This document shows, one piece after another, positions 55,482 to 64,000 of a stretch of DNA of 64,000 nt. How positions within the stretch are numbered: position 1 is the first letter of the stretch; each line of letters opens with the position of its first letter. The stretch comes from Dehalococcoidia bacterium. Its GTDB lineage: Bacteria > Chloroflexota > Dehalococcoidia > Lucifugimonadales > UBA3495. The notes beneath the pieces were generated by a model. The model made no database searches and was not told where the DNA came from. It saw only the letters and a program-made list of their open reading frames with translations. The DNA lies in assembly GCA_965217175.1 (NCBI GenBank), contig OZ244251.1:2992682-3056681 (forward strand). The letters run 5' to 3'. The position numbers were made by a program, and so were the translations under genes.

Positions 55482-56900
55482 TCAGCACACCGGCGGGCGA
55501 TGGTGGCCCCACGGCCGGGCTTCCTCAAATGCTGCCATTGCGCGCAAAACCCGGCCTTCCGCACCCGATGGGCCCACGATGTGCAGGCCGACGGGAAGGC
55601 CATCAGCAGAGAACCCGCAGGGTACGCTGGCCGCAGTTTGCCCACTCATGTTGATCGGGAATGTGAACGGCAGATATCCCCACCAGGGTTCTACGTCGCG
55701 CCCGGCGATGACGGTGGGGTGTTGTCCGATAGGGAATGCAGTTACGGCCATGGCCGGCGTCAACAGAATGTCGTAGTTGTTGAAGAAATCGGCAAAGCGG
55801 CGTTTGAGCCGGTCGACATAGGCCAGGGCGCGGGACAATTCCGCGGCTGATAGTTTGGAGGCAACGTCAAAGGTCTGTCGCACATACTGGGTGAACTCGT
55901 CGCGGCGTTCCGGGTACAAACTTTCATAGGAAGTGTACGAGGCTGTACCGAAAACGGTGGCGAACGCCGGGAATGGATCGCCTTCGATCTCGGGAGCGGC
56001 TTCTTCGACCGTCGCGCCCATATCCTGAAAGACCTGGGCGGCCGATCGGGTAATCTGCACCACCTCGGGATCAACCGCTGCGTAGCCGAAATCCTCGCTC
56101 CAGGCGACGCGCCAACCGCTGACGCCTCCTTCCAGAGCGGCCAGATAATCGGGCGGCTGGTCGGTGAGAGTATTGGGATCGCGGGAATCAGGTCCTGAGA
56201 GCACCTGGAGCAGGAGCGCGGTGTCGCGAACAGAACGGCTCATGGGGCCAGACTGGGAGAAATGATTGGCCGCCGGGCCGCCGTAGCCTCCGAATCGTGG
56301 CACACGGCCCTGTGAGGGTTTGATGCCCGTTACGCCGCTGAAGCTCGACGGTATTCGGATGCTGCCTCCGCCGTCGCTGCCGGTCGCCAGGGTGCAAAGT
56401 CCTGAGATCAGCGCCGCCGCTGCGCCGCCGCTGCTTCCGCCGGGAGTGTAATCGGTGTTCCAGGGATTGCGGCAAGGATCGCTGACCAGGTTTTCAGTAG
56501 TGCCCGACTGGCCGAACTCGGGAGTGTTGGTTTTGCCCAGGATTATGCCGCCGGCGGCCTTGACCCGTTCCACCACGATGGAATCGATGTCCGGAACCCG
56601 GTCTCGGAAGATGGCAGAACCGAGAGTCGTGGTGACTCCTTTAGTCATCTCCAGGTCCTTGATGGATACGGGGACGCCATGGAGCGGCCCGAGGGCATCT
56701 CCGCGCTGCACCGCCGCGTCGGCGTCGCTGGCGGCGGCGGTGGCTTCGTCGTGGCAGACGGTCAGGTAGGCGCTGAGCTGAGGATTGAGTTGGTCGATCC
56801 GGTCCAGAAACAATCTGGTCAGTTCGGCCGCGGATATTTCACGGTCGGCAATCATGCGCCGGATGTCAATGGCCGATGCAAAGGCTAGTTCAGAATCCAT
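55482..56900 (-). CDS. amidase (amidase-signature family), paralog 3
   Basis: GGSSGGAAAALISGLCTLATGSDGGGSIRIPSS. AGGAG upstream of the ATG. Confidence 0.9.
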   Translation of the reverse strand: MDSELAFASAIDIRRMIADREISAAELTRLFLDRIDQLNPQLSAYLTVCHDEATAAASDADAAVQRGDALGPLHGVPVSIKDLEMTKGVTTTLGSAIFRDRVPDIDSIVVERVKAAGGIILGKTNTPEFGQSGTTENLVSDPCRNPWNTDYTPGGSSGGAAAALISGLCTLATGSDGGGSIRIPSSFSGVTGIKPSQGRVPRFGGYGGPAANHFSQSGPMSRSVRDTALLLQVLSGPDSRDPNTLTDQPPDYLAALEGGVSGWRVAWSEDFGYAAVDPEVVQITRSAAQVFQDMGATVEEAAPEIEGDPFPAFATVFGTASYTSYESLYPERRDEFTQYVRQTFDVASKLSAAELSRALAYVDRLKRRFADFFNNYDILLTPAMAVTAFPIGQHPTVIAGRDVEPWWGYLPFTFPINMSGQTAASVPCGFSADGLPVGLHIVGPSGAEGRVLRAMAAFEEARPWGHHRPPVC

Positions 56901-57018
56901 GGCACGTCTCCTGCGATTAGGTTTGAGCCGCTACCCCGAATATGCGGGGGTATGGTGTATAGTAATCGACCTGTACACGGGTCATTCTAGCATCGGGAAA
57001 GGCTAAGGGCGCACTGAA

Positions 57019-58029
57019 ATGGCCACCGTAGGAATCATCGCCAACCCGGCTGCCAGCAAGGACATCCGACGTCTGGTTGCACAGGGTCGAGTTGTTCCCG
57101 ACTGGGAAAAGGTAAACATCGTGCGGCGGGTGCTGATTGGCTTGCAATCCACCGGCGTAACGAAGGTACTGGCAATGCCCGACAGCGGCAACCTGTGTCG
57201 GCGCGCCGCCGATGATGCCGACGTGGAGTTGGCAGTTGAGATGCTGCCAATGTCGCCGCACTATACGGAAGGCGACACGATGCGGGCGGCTGCGGCCATG
57301 GCCGAACAGGGCGTTGGATGCCTGGTTACGCTGGGCGGAGACGGAACCAATCGCGCGGTGGCGGTCGGTACCAACCAGGTGCCGATAGTCGCGATATCGA
57401 CCGGAACCAACAACATTTTCCCGGTTATGGTGGAGGGCACTCAGGCCGGTATTGCCGCAGGAATCGTGGCATCGGGCTGGCTGGACTCTCAGGACACGTC
57501 GGTGATAAGCAAAACGCTTCAAGTCGCCGTGAACGGGCAACCCGCCGACCTGGCGTTGGTGGACGTGGCGATCTCGCGGGAGAGGTTTGTTGCTTCCCGG
57601 GCCATTTGGGATATGGATACGGTGTATGAAGTGTTTCTGACCCGTGCTGAACCCGCTGGAATCGGCCTGTCTTCGGTGGGCGGTCGGCTGCGCCCTTTGT
57701 CGATGGGCGAGGTGGGGGGATTGCGGTACCGGCCTGGTCTTCCCGACGGCGACGAAGTGGCGTCGGTGTGGGCGACCACGGTGATTGCTCCGGTGGCGCC
57801 CGGTTTGGTGAAACCGGTGGCAATCGCCGACTGGGGTTTGTTGCAAGAAGGTGTGCCGGTGGACCTGGAACCCAGGCACTGCACGGTGGCTCTGGACGGA
57901 GAACGCACGTTGATGATAACGCCGAACGACCGCGTTCAGATCGTGCTGGCTCGCAACGGGCCGCCGGTGGTACAGGTACAGCGAACGTTGCGGCGGGCTG
58001 CCGAAAAAGGACTGTTTGGCGCTGCATAA
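57019..58029 (+). CDS. ATP-NAD kinase family protein (AcoX-like)
   Basis: VTLGGDGTNR and ISTGTNNIFP motifs. The 371-aa ORF on the opposite strand is Arg/His/Pro-rich shadow. Confidence 0.75.
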   Translation: MATVGIIANPAASKDIRRLVAQGRVVPDWEKVNIVRRVLIGLQSTGVTKVLAMPDSGNLCRRAADDADVELAVEMLPMSPHYTEGDTMRAAAAMAEQGVGCLVTLGGDGTNRAVAVGTNQVPIVAISTGTNNIFPVMVEGTQAGIAAGIVASGWLDSQDTSVISKTLQVAVNGQPADLALVDVAISRERFVASRAIWDMDTVYEVFLTRAEPAGIGLSSVGGRLRPLSMGEVGGLRYRPGLPDGDEVASVWATTVIAPVAPGLVKPVAIADWGLLQEGVPVDLEPRHCTVALDGERTLMITPNDRVQIVLARNGPPVVQVQRTLRRAAEKGLFGAA

Positions 58030-58056
58030 CACGAGCGACCGGATAGTATTTCGCTG

Positions 58057-58797
58057 ATGCTCAGCGGTCTGGAATTAATCATCGGCCTGGTGATGGTGTT
58101 CCTGGGTTCCCTGGTATTGGGAACGATCGGTTTTGGGTTGGGCATGGTGGCAATGCCGGTACTGCTGCTGATTCTGGCGCCGCAGGAAACGGTGGTCATC
58201 ATCAACGCGATGATTGTTCTGACGGCCGGGTTGACGTTGGCACAAACCTGGCGACACCTCAAACTGAGGGAAACCTGGCCGTTCGTGGTTGCCGGGTTGC
58301 CTCCCATCCCCATTGCCGTCGTGTTGCTGGACTCTGCCGACCCAGTGGTTTTGCGCCTGGTAATTATCGGGCTGATACTGACATTGGGAGTGATGAGCCT
58401 ATTTCAGTTGCGGTTGCCGGGAGCGAGACGCAAATTGGCTGCCCCGGTGTGTGGTTTTATCACCACCCTGCTGGTTGCGACGTTGGGCGTGGGAGGACCG
58501 CTGGCCGGGCTTTATTCCATCGAGCAGGGTTGGTCGCGGGACGCCATCCGCGGTACGCTGGCGCTATATTTCGTTCTGGCGACGACGCTGGCGTTGGCGC
58601 TCTATGCCGTCGTGGGTCTGGTACCACGCGAGACGGCGCAAAATGCGGGTGTACTGGCCCCGGCGGCGATATTGGGTTCGGCAGCGGCAGCCGTGGTCGC
58701 GCGCCGCATGACATCAGTAGTCTTCCGCTATGCGGTGTTGGCGATTACCATCGGCGGGAGCATTTCCCTGTTAATCAGGGAAGCGGTTCGGTTGTGA
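58057..58797 (+). CDS. TauE/SafE (DUF81) family anion exporter
   Basis: 246-aa polytopic ORF with two similar halves and Gly-rich TM helices. Confidence 0.8.
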   Translation: MLSGLELIIGLVMVFLGSLVLGTIGFGLGMVAMPVLLLILAPQETVVIINAMIVLTAGLTLAQTWRHLKLRETWPFVVAGLPPIPIAVVLLDSADPVVLRLVIIGLILTLGVMSLFQLRLPGARRKLAAPVCGFITTLLVATLGVGGPLAGLYSIEQGWSRDAIRGTLALYFVLATTLALALYAVVGLVPRETAQNAGVLAPAAILGSAAAAVVARRMTSVVFRYAVLAITIGGSISLLIREAVRL

Positions 58798-58926
58798 ACG
58801 TTTCAACCGCCGGTTGACACGTCGCTGGCACTCCTCGCCATGACCAGGGCGTACCCCCGGCCATATAGTCCGACGACCCTGCGGTAACCGGTGCTAAACT
58901 TGTCGCTTTGAGAATTTTGTTGCCCA

Positions 58927-60030
58927 ATGGAGAAGTCATTGACCCGACACTGGCTAATCACCCTCCAACTCGGAATAATCGTGGCGTTGGTGTACCTCTT
59001 TGTGGTCGGCATAGGGGCGATGGGACACGGCTTCATGCTGTTGGGCGAGGAGTTTTCAGACTCGATCATCAGGGCAACCGAGTCACCTTTTGTCGCATTG
59101 TTCGTTGGGATTTTAGCCACTTCCCTGGTTCAAAGCTCGTCAACCACCACGTCAATTATTGTCGGTCTGGTGGCTGGTGGGGCGCTGTCGACACAGGGGG
59201 CTATTTTCATGGTGATGGGTACGAACATCGGTACTACCATCACAAGCACCATCGTGTCGCTAGCTCACATAACACGGTCCGACGACTTCCGACGTACGTT
59301 TGCAGCGGCGACGGTTCACGACTTTTTCAACTTTATGGCGGTGGCCGTTTTGTTTCCGGTGGAGCTGGCCACCGGTCTCCTGACGAAGATTTCCACCGTG
59401 CTGGCAGGTACGGTGGCGGGTTTGGGTGGGCTGAAACTCGGGGATCCGATCGGCGACGCCACCACGCCAGTGGTCCGGGCGCTGGCTGGATTGACGGAAC
59501 AGAACGGCGCCCTGCTCCTGATCGTGGCTGCCATCCTGACCATCGGTACGCTGCTGGCGATCGTGCGGGTGTCCAGGAGATTGGTTTATGGACGCATCGA
59601 ATCTGTATTCAGCGAACACCTATTCAGGAGTTCAGGACGGTCCATGCTGCTGGGTGCGGGAATCACGGTACTGGTACAGAGCAGCTCGATTTCTACGTCC
59701 CTGGTCATTCCGCTGGTTGGGGCCGGCTTGTTGAACCTGACCCAAGTCTTTCCCTATACACTTGGCGCAAACATCGGTACAACCGTCACGGCGAATCTCG
59801 TGGCTCTCTCCACGGGCAACGCTGCAGCGGTCACGGTTTCTCTAGCCCATCTGCTTTTCAATGTGTTTGGGATTTGCCTGATCTGGCCGGTAGGGAAGGT
59901 GCGCCGGATTCCCATTTTATTGGCGGAAAGAATGTCGGCAGCCACGATGCGCACTCGTTTGGCGCCGGTTATTTACATCGTGCTGGCCTTTTTCGCTCTG
60001 CCGTTCGTTGCCATACTGGTCTGGGATTAA
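58927..60030 (+). CDS. Na/Pi-cotransporter family protein
   Basis: Duplicated QSSS motif: TSLVQSSSTTTSIIVGL and VLVQSSSISTSLVIPL. Confidence 0.85.
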   Translation: MEKSLTRHWLITLQLGIIVALVYLFVVGIGAMGHGFMLLGEEFSDSIIRATESPFVALFVGILATSLVQSSSTTTSIIVGLVAGGALSTQGAIFMVMGTNIGTTITSTIVSLAHITRSDDFRRTFAAATVHDFFNFMAVAVLFPVELATGLLTKISTVLAGTVAGLGGLKLGDPIGDATTPVVRALAGLTEQNGALLLIVAAILTIGTLLAIVRVSRRLVYGRIESVFSEHLFRSSGRSMLLGAGITVLVQSSSISTSLVIPLVGAGLLNLTQVFPYTLGANIGTTVTANLVALSTGNAAAVTVSLAHLLFNVFGICLIWPVGKVRRIPILLAERMSAATMRTRLAPVIYIVLAFFALPFVAILVWD

Positions 60031-60254
60031 CCCCGGCAATCGTACCTGGCTGGCCGGGGTCAATGGTTTCAGATAGGTGCGGGTAACCTACCGCGACCGA
60101 CTGGTGTCTGATAATCCTCTGAGACAAGCATCGGAAACCGTGCGCGCCCAACGCGATCGCCCGGTCTCTACGTATTGACGACGCCCTCGCTAACTACTGT
60201 TCAGAGTAGCGCCAGGGCATCGATTTCGAGGACAAGGATGGCGAGGTTAAGGTT

Positions 60255-61175
60255 TTACGTTGAGAGGTCGTGGAACGCGGTCAACGCCGCGGTAATCCCG
60301 TCTCCGACGGCGGCTCCCAACTGACGGGTGGATTCGGCGCGGGCGTCGCCACAGACGTACACCTTTGGTATGTTGGTGCGCATGTGCAGGTCGGCGTAAA
60401 CGTGGCCGAGTTCGTCCATGTCCAGGATGTTCCTCAAGTACTCGGTATTGGGATGGAAACCAACGTACACGAACGCGGCTGCAGTTGGGTAGTCGTAGAT
60501 CTCGTCTGTTTTAAGGTTCTTCACGCGGATGGCTTCCAGCACGCCGTTGCCGACGAACTCTTCGACTACGTGGCTCCACAGCCACTTGTACTTGGGGTTC
60601 GCGAAAGCGCGGTCCTGCAGCACCTTGGTGGCGCGCAGCTCGTCCCGCCGATGGATAATCGTAACTGAGTTGCAGATGCCGGTAAGGTAGAAGCTCTCGT
60701 CCATTGCAGAGTCGCCGCCGCCTATCACCACGACGTCCTGGCCGCGGAAAAAGTTGCCATCGCAAACGGCGCAATAGGAAACACCGCGTCCGCTGAATTC
60801 GTCCTCACCTCGGGCGCCAAGCTTGTTGTGAGAACCACCGGTCGCGATTATCAGGGCGCGCGCGGTGAAATCCCCTTCAGACGTACGGATCAGTTTTCGA
60901 TCCTCGTTCAGGTTTTCCACTCCCTCGATTTCGGCAAATTCCAATTTCGCACCGAAGCGGTCGGCCTGGTTGTACATCTCTTCCGCCAGGGCCTGGCCTT
61001 TTACGCCTTCTCTGAAACCGGGATAGTTTTCTATTTCATCGGTTATCAGGAGTTGCCCACCGGGACCGATGCTCTCGATCATGACGGTGCTGAGCATTGC
61101 TCGGGTGGAGTAAAGGCCGGCAGAAAGGCCGGCGGCGCCGGCGCCGAGGATGACAACGTCGTAGTCATTTGCCAT
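60255..61175 (-). CDS. trxB: thioredoxin-disulfide reductase
   Basis: DVVILGAGAAGLSAG (FAD), redox CAVCDG, VVVIGGGDSAMDE (NADPH). Confidence 0.9.
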   Translation of the reverse strand: MANDYDVVILGAGAAGLSAGLYSTRAMLSTVMIESIGPGGQLLITDEIENYPGFREGVKGQALAEEMYNQADRFGAKLEFAEIEGVENLNEDRKLIRTSEGDFTARALIIATGGSHNKLGARGEDEFSGRGVSYCAVCDGNFFRGQDVVVIGGGDSAMDESFYLTGICNSVTIIHRRDELRATKVLQDRAFANPKYKWLWSHVVEEFVGNGVLEAIRVKNLKTDEIYDYPTAAAFVYVGFHPNTEYLRNILDMDELGHVYADLHMRTNIPKVYVCGDARAESTRQLGAAVGDGITAALTAFHDLST

Positions 61176-61223
61176 TGGAGTGGTTCCTCCTGTTGATATT
61201 GTACAAAATTGAAGCGGGGCGAT

Positions 61224-62204
61224 TTACGGGCGCCGGGGGTCAGGAGTTAGCCTCACCCGCGTGGGACGCCTGGTGAGGGCTGAACGAATGTGGTCTACCG
61301 TTCGTTGCAGACCATCCTCCAACGACACAGTGGGCTCCCACCGCAATTCCTGAGACGCGCGGGTGGCGTCCAGGGCGATGCGGAAAACTTCGCCGTGGCG
61401 CAGTGGTTGATGGTGGGCTTCTTCGGGGAAGCCGGTATATTCTCGCAGAAGGTCGTAGATGCGATTGATGGTTACACCGACGCCGGTACCAATATTGTAC
61501 GTTCTGCCGTCGCCGTTATTTACGGAAGCCAGGTTGGCTTCCACCACATCGGAGACGTAAACGAAATCGCGTTCCTGCTCACCGGTTCCGTAGATAGTGG
61601 GGCAAACACCCTCCAGCATCATGCCGGTGAAGATGGCGACCACACCGGCCTCTCCGTGGGGATTCTGGCCGGGCCCATATACATTAGCGTAACGGAGAAT
61701 CGTGTAATCCAGGCCGTAGTCCTGATTGAAGTGTTCCAGGTAAAGTTCGCCTACCCGTTTGGACAGGCCGTACGGCGTCAATGGCTTAACCGGTGTTGAC
61801 TCGTCGCAGGGTATGGATGCGGGGTTGCCGTAAATAGCGCCGCCGGTGGAGGAAAAAACGATCTTTTCTACCCCGGCTGCGGCGCAGGCGGATATAAGCC
61901 GCACCGTACCCACGATGTTGGAGTCGGCGTCTGCCACCGGGTTGATAGACGATTCCCGTACGCTGCTCTGGGCAGCAAGGTGAAACACTATTTCCGGGCG
62001 TTCGCGCTGAATGATCTGGTCAATCTTGGGATCGTTGATCCCGGCGTGGTAGAACGTGGCGTGATGGTTGACGTCCCGCAGATGACCGGAGCTGAGGTTG
62101 TCGACGATGGCGACGGCGTAGGAGTTTTCCAAAAGGCCGGTGACCAGGTGCGATCCGATAAAGCCGGCGCCGCCAGTGACCAGTACTTTGGTGGGTTCTG
62201 CCAT
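61224..62204 (-). CDS. NAD-dependent epimerase/dehydratase (UDP-glucose 4-epimerase-like)
   Basis: KVLVTGGAGFIGSHL, catalytic YGLSK. Confidence 0.9.
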   Translation of the reverse strand: MAEPTKVLVTGGAGFIGSHLVTGLLENSYAVAIVDNLSSGHLRDVNHHATFYHAGINDPKIDQIIQRERPEIVFHLAAQSSVRESSINPVADADSNIVGTVRLISACAAAGVEKIVFSSTGGAIYGNPASIPCDESTPVKPLTPYGLSKRVGELYLEHFNQDYGLDYTILRYANVYGPGQNPHGEAGVVAIFTGMMLEGVCPTIYGTGEQERDFVYVSDVVEANLASVNNGDGRTYNIGTGVGVTINRIYDLLREYTGFPEEAHHQPLRHGEVFRIALDATRASQELRWEPTVSLEDGLQRTVDHIRSALTRRPTRVRLTPDPRRP

Positions 62205-62432
62205 CGTGAAAGATCCTTTTTACGGAACAATAGTGTTGGAGAGTCCTTATCTATCGTAATTCAAACCCGTAAATGCGGCAACCGGTGGTAACGGTGCGGA
62301 TTTTGCGGCGCAGCAAAGGCTCTGGTTGATGCCGGCACCATTGACAACCGTAGGTTAGATGGTGTATCAATTTGCTACTGCAAGCGATAGCCGGCGGTGG
62401 TGCCGGTAACCTGGTTTCAGGAGGAGAATTCG

Positions 62433-62684
62433 ATGCCAGACATTTACTACGCCAGGCCCAGCAACTTCCTGTCCGACCCGCGTGATAAGACTATCATCGT
62501 GGGGGAGTCGGAAAACGAAGTACTCCAGAAGATGTATGAGTATCTCAACAGTCCGGCGGCCCAGGAGCGCTACCCCGGCGTTGGAGACCCCACGGAGCTG
62601 GAGAACAACATCCGGACGTGCATTTTCAAGAAGGGAACCAAGGCCATCCATAACAGGCCTCCAGATGCTGCACCGGTGAAATAA
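62433..62684 (+). CDS. small hypothetical protein
   Basis: ATG at 62433 after CAGGAGGAG; 83 aa; followed by a strong terminator. Confidence 0.5.
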   Translation: MPDIYYARPSNFLSDPRDKTIIVGESENEVLQKMYEYLNSPAAQERYPGVGDPTELENNIRTCIFKKGTKAIHNRPPDAAPVK

Positions 62685-62703
62685 CTCTCAGCATCGACCG
62701 TTG

Positions 62704-62746
62704 AAAAGAGAGCCCCCATCCGAAATCAAATGGGGGCTCTCTTTTC
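62704..62746 (+). terminator. rho-independent terminator
   Basis: AAAAGAGAGCCCCCA-loop-TGGGGGCTCTCTTTT; 13-bp GC-rich stem with a T-run. Confidence 0.8.
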
Positions 62747-62831
62747 AGGTGTGCCTGGCGATGGGACGCGGCCCCCGGTGAGGGGATCACCGGTTGCGGC
62801 GCCGGCAACCCAACGTTATACTCCGATTATC

Positions 62832-63521
62832 ATGACGCTGAACCCGGATGACCACCCGACTTCGGCCGGAGTCGAGCTCGCGTTGTTCCCATTGAACAAC
62901 GTGGTGCTGTTCCCCGGGATGCCGTTGCCGTTGCACATCTTTGAGGAACGCTACAAGGAGATGATTGGGGCGTGCGTGGATAGCGACGAACCTTTCGGTG
63001 TGCTGCTGATCAGGGAAGGCGCTGAAGTCGGAGAGGCGGCAACTCCCCATTCCATCGGGACCACGGCCCGCATTTCCCAGGTGCAACGGTTGCAGGAAGG
63101 ACGGCTGAATATTCTGACCCGCGGAGAAAGGCGGTTCGAATTGTTGGCCACGTTGCAAACCACTCCGCACATGGTTGGGCTGGTCCGGTTTCTGGAAGAC
63201 GAAGAGGGTGAGGTATCGGCGGAGACGCTAGCCGGCGTGCAAGAAGAATTCATAAAGCTACAGCGTCAACTCACTGCGATGGCAGGTGGCTGGGACCGCG
63301 AGATAAATGCGCCGGATGATGCCATTGCGCTGGCACGGGCGGCCTGCACGACGCTGGCCGTGAGCCTGCCGACGCCCCCGGACGTGCGGCAATCTCTGCT
63401 GGAGACTGTTACGGCGGGGGCGCAACTGGATAGGCTATTGACGTTGATGGGTCAGGCCAACCGGATCGTCAGCGAACAGGTGGAGCAAAACACCCCGTTC
63501 AAGGGACCACGCCTCAATTAG
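62832..63521 (+). CDS. LON substrate-binding (Lon N-terminal) domain protein
   Basis: ATG at 62832. LALFPLNNVVLFPGMPLPLHIFEERYKEMI...PFGVLLIREG. Confidence 0.8.
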   Translation: MTLNPDDHPTSAGVELALFPLNNVVLFPGMPLPLHIFEERYKEMIGACVDSDEPFGVLLIREGAEVGEAATPHSIGTTARISQVQRLQEGRLNILTRGERRFELLATLQTTPHMVGLVRFLEDEEGEVSAETLAGVQEEFIKLQRQLTAMAGGWDREINAPDDAIALARAACTTLAVSLPTPPDVRQSLLETVTAGAQLDRLLTLMGQANRIVSEQVEQNTPFKGPRLN

Positions 63522-64000
63522 CGGCTATGGACGCCGCGTTGTAGACGCGACGCGCAGCGGCCTCGGGCACCATTCCTGAGAACAGCTCGGGGTGGATCAT
63601 TTCGGCCAGAATTTCCAAACCGGTGACCAGGCGAGGGCCCGAGCGGCTGGTATAGTTGCTGGCATCGATGACGAATACCCGGTTGTTTTGAACAGCCGGC
63701 AGGGATTCCCAACCGGGCCTGGCGGCCAACAGGGGCACATCCTGTAAACCGCGGGGCACTTCAAACCCACACGGCATAATGACCACGACATCCGGCTGAC
63801 TTTCAACCACTGCATCCCATTCGATAGGGAAAGAACCCATTTCTTTGTTGCCAAAGCAATTGACACCGCCGGCCAACTCAACCATCTCCGGGACCCAATG
63901 CCCGCCACACATGGGAGGGTCGGTCCATTCCAGGTGCAATACACGGGGCTGGTAATCGGCGATAGCGGCCTGCGTCGTGATTGCATCAATGCGTTGCTGC
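63514..64000 (-). CDS. periplasmic binding protein (BtuF/FecB-like, cobalamin/siderophore type), C-terminal part; continues past right edge
   Basis: The frame is open to the window end. ...VLHLEWTDPPMCGGHWVPEMVELAGG...PDVVVIMPCGF...NRVFVIDASNYTSRSGPRLVTGLEILAEMIHP. Confidence 0.7.
   Translation of the reverse strand, partial: QQRIDAITTQAAIADYQPRVLHLEWTDPPMCGGHWVPEMVELAGGVNCFGNKEMGSFPIEWDAVVESQPDVVVIMPCGFEVPRGLQDVPLLAARPGWESLPAVQNNRVFVIDASNYTSRSGPRLVTGLEILAEMIHPELFSGMVPEAAARRVYNAASIAAN

Noticed and set aside
56917-58032. 371-aa minus-strand ORF, and similar long antisense ORFs at 17905..19047, 7835..8710, 6608..7522 and 8786..9214
   Set aside because: Arg/His/Pro/Gly-rich compositions typical of shadow frames in high-GC DNA. 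The opposite-strand ORFs carry clear family motifs.

Overview
High-GC bacterial chromosomal segment (GC judged by eye, not computed) in three parts. (1) 1-22.9 kb is a catabolic and oxidoreductase neighbourhood: Rieske protein, AraC regulator, NHL propeller, family III CoA-transferase, PhtD-like decarboxylase, LLM/F420-type enzymes, ACAD-like flavoenzyme, MFS, MBL and alpha/beta hydrolases, and two amidases. At 11.4-15.7 kb it is interrupted by a decay zone holding a serpin C-terminal remnant, a tRNA-3'-end-like 25-mer, and an IS5-family element that truncates a 13-repeat RCC1 + LamG protein. (2) 23.2-40.8 kb is a ~17.6 kb degraded integrative island at tRNA-Leu(CAA), delimited by a 14-15 nt direct copy of the tRNA 3' end. 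It carries two dead tyrosine integrases and a hicAB module. hicA is split by an IS21-family element that itself contains an IS5-like and an IS701-like element; all three target duplications are readable. The island also carries an XRE/Cro/Xis-like switch, an XRE...PIN...ImmA-like cluster, an SRA-like-HNH nuclease operon, and a methyltransferase-HNH gene split by a 2.6 kb block. (3) 40.9-64 kb holds core genes: yqeY-like, purQ, purL, trxB, FKBP, SDR, LLM, crotonase, a third amidase and transporters. The most unusual signals are ~20-nt insertions of a dispersed motif breaking the IS21 genes, and the coupled HNH / MTase-fragment / unknown-protein operon. All family calls come from motif recognition in the supplied translations; no database search was possible. 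Many island frameshifts sit in homopolymers, so true decay versus sequencing error needs read-level checking.
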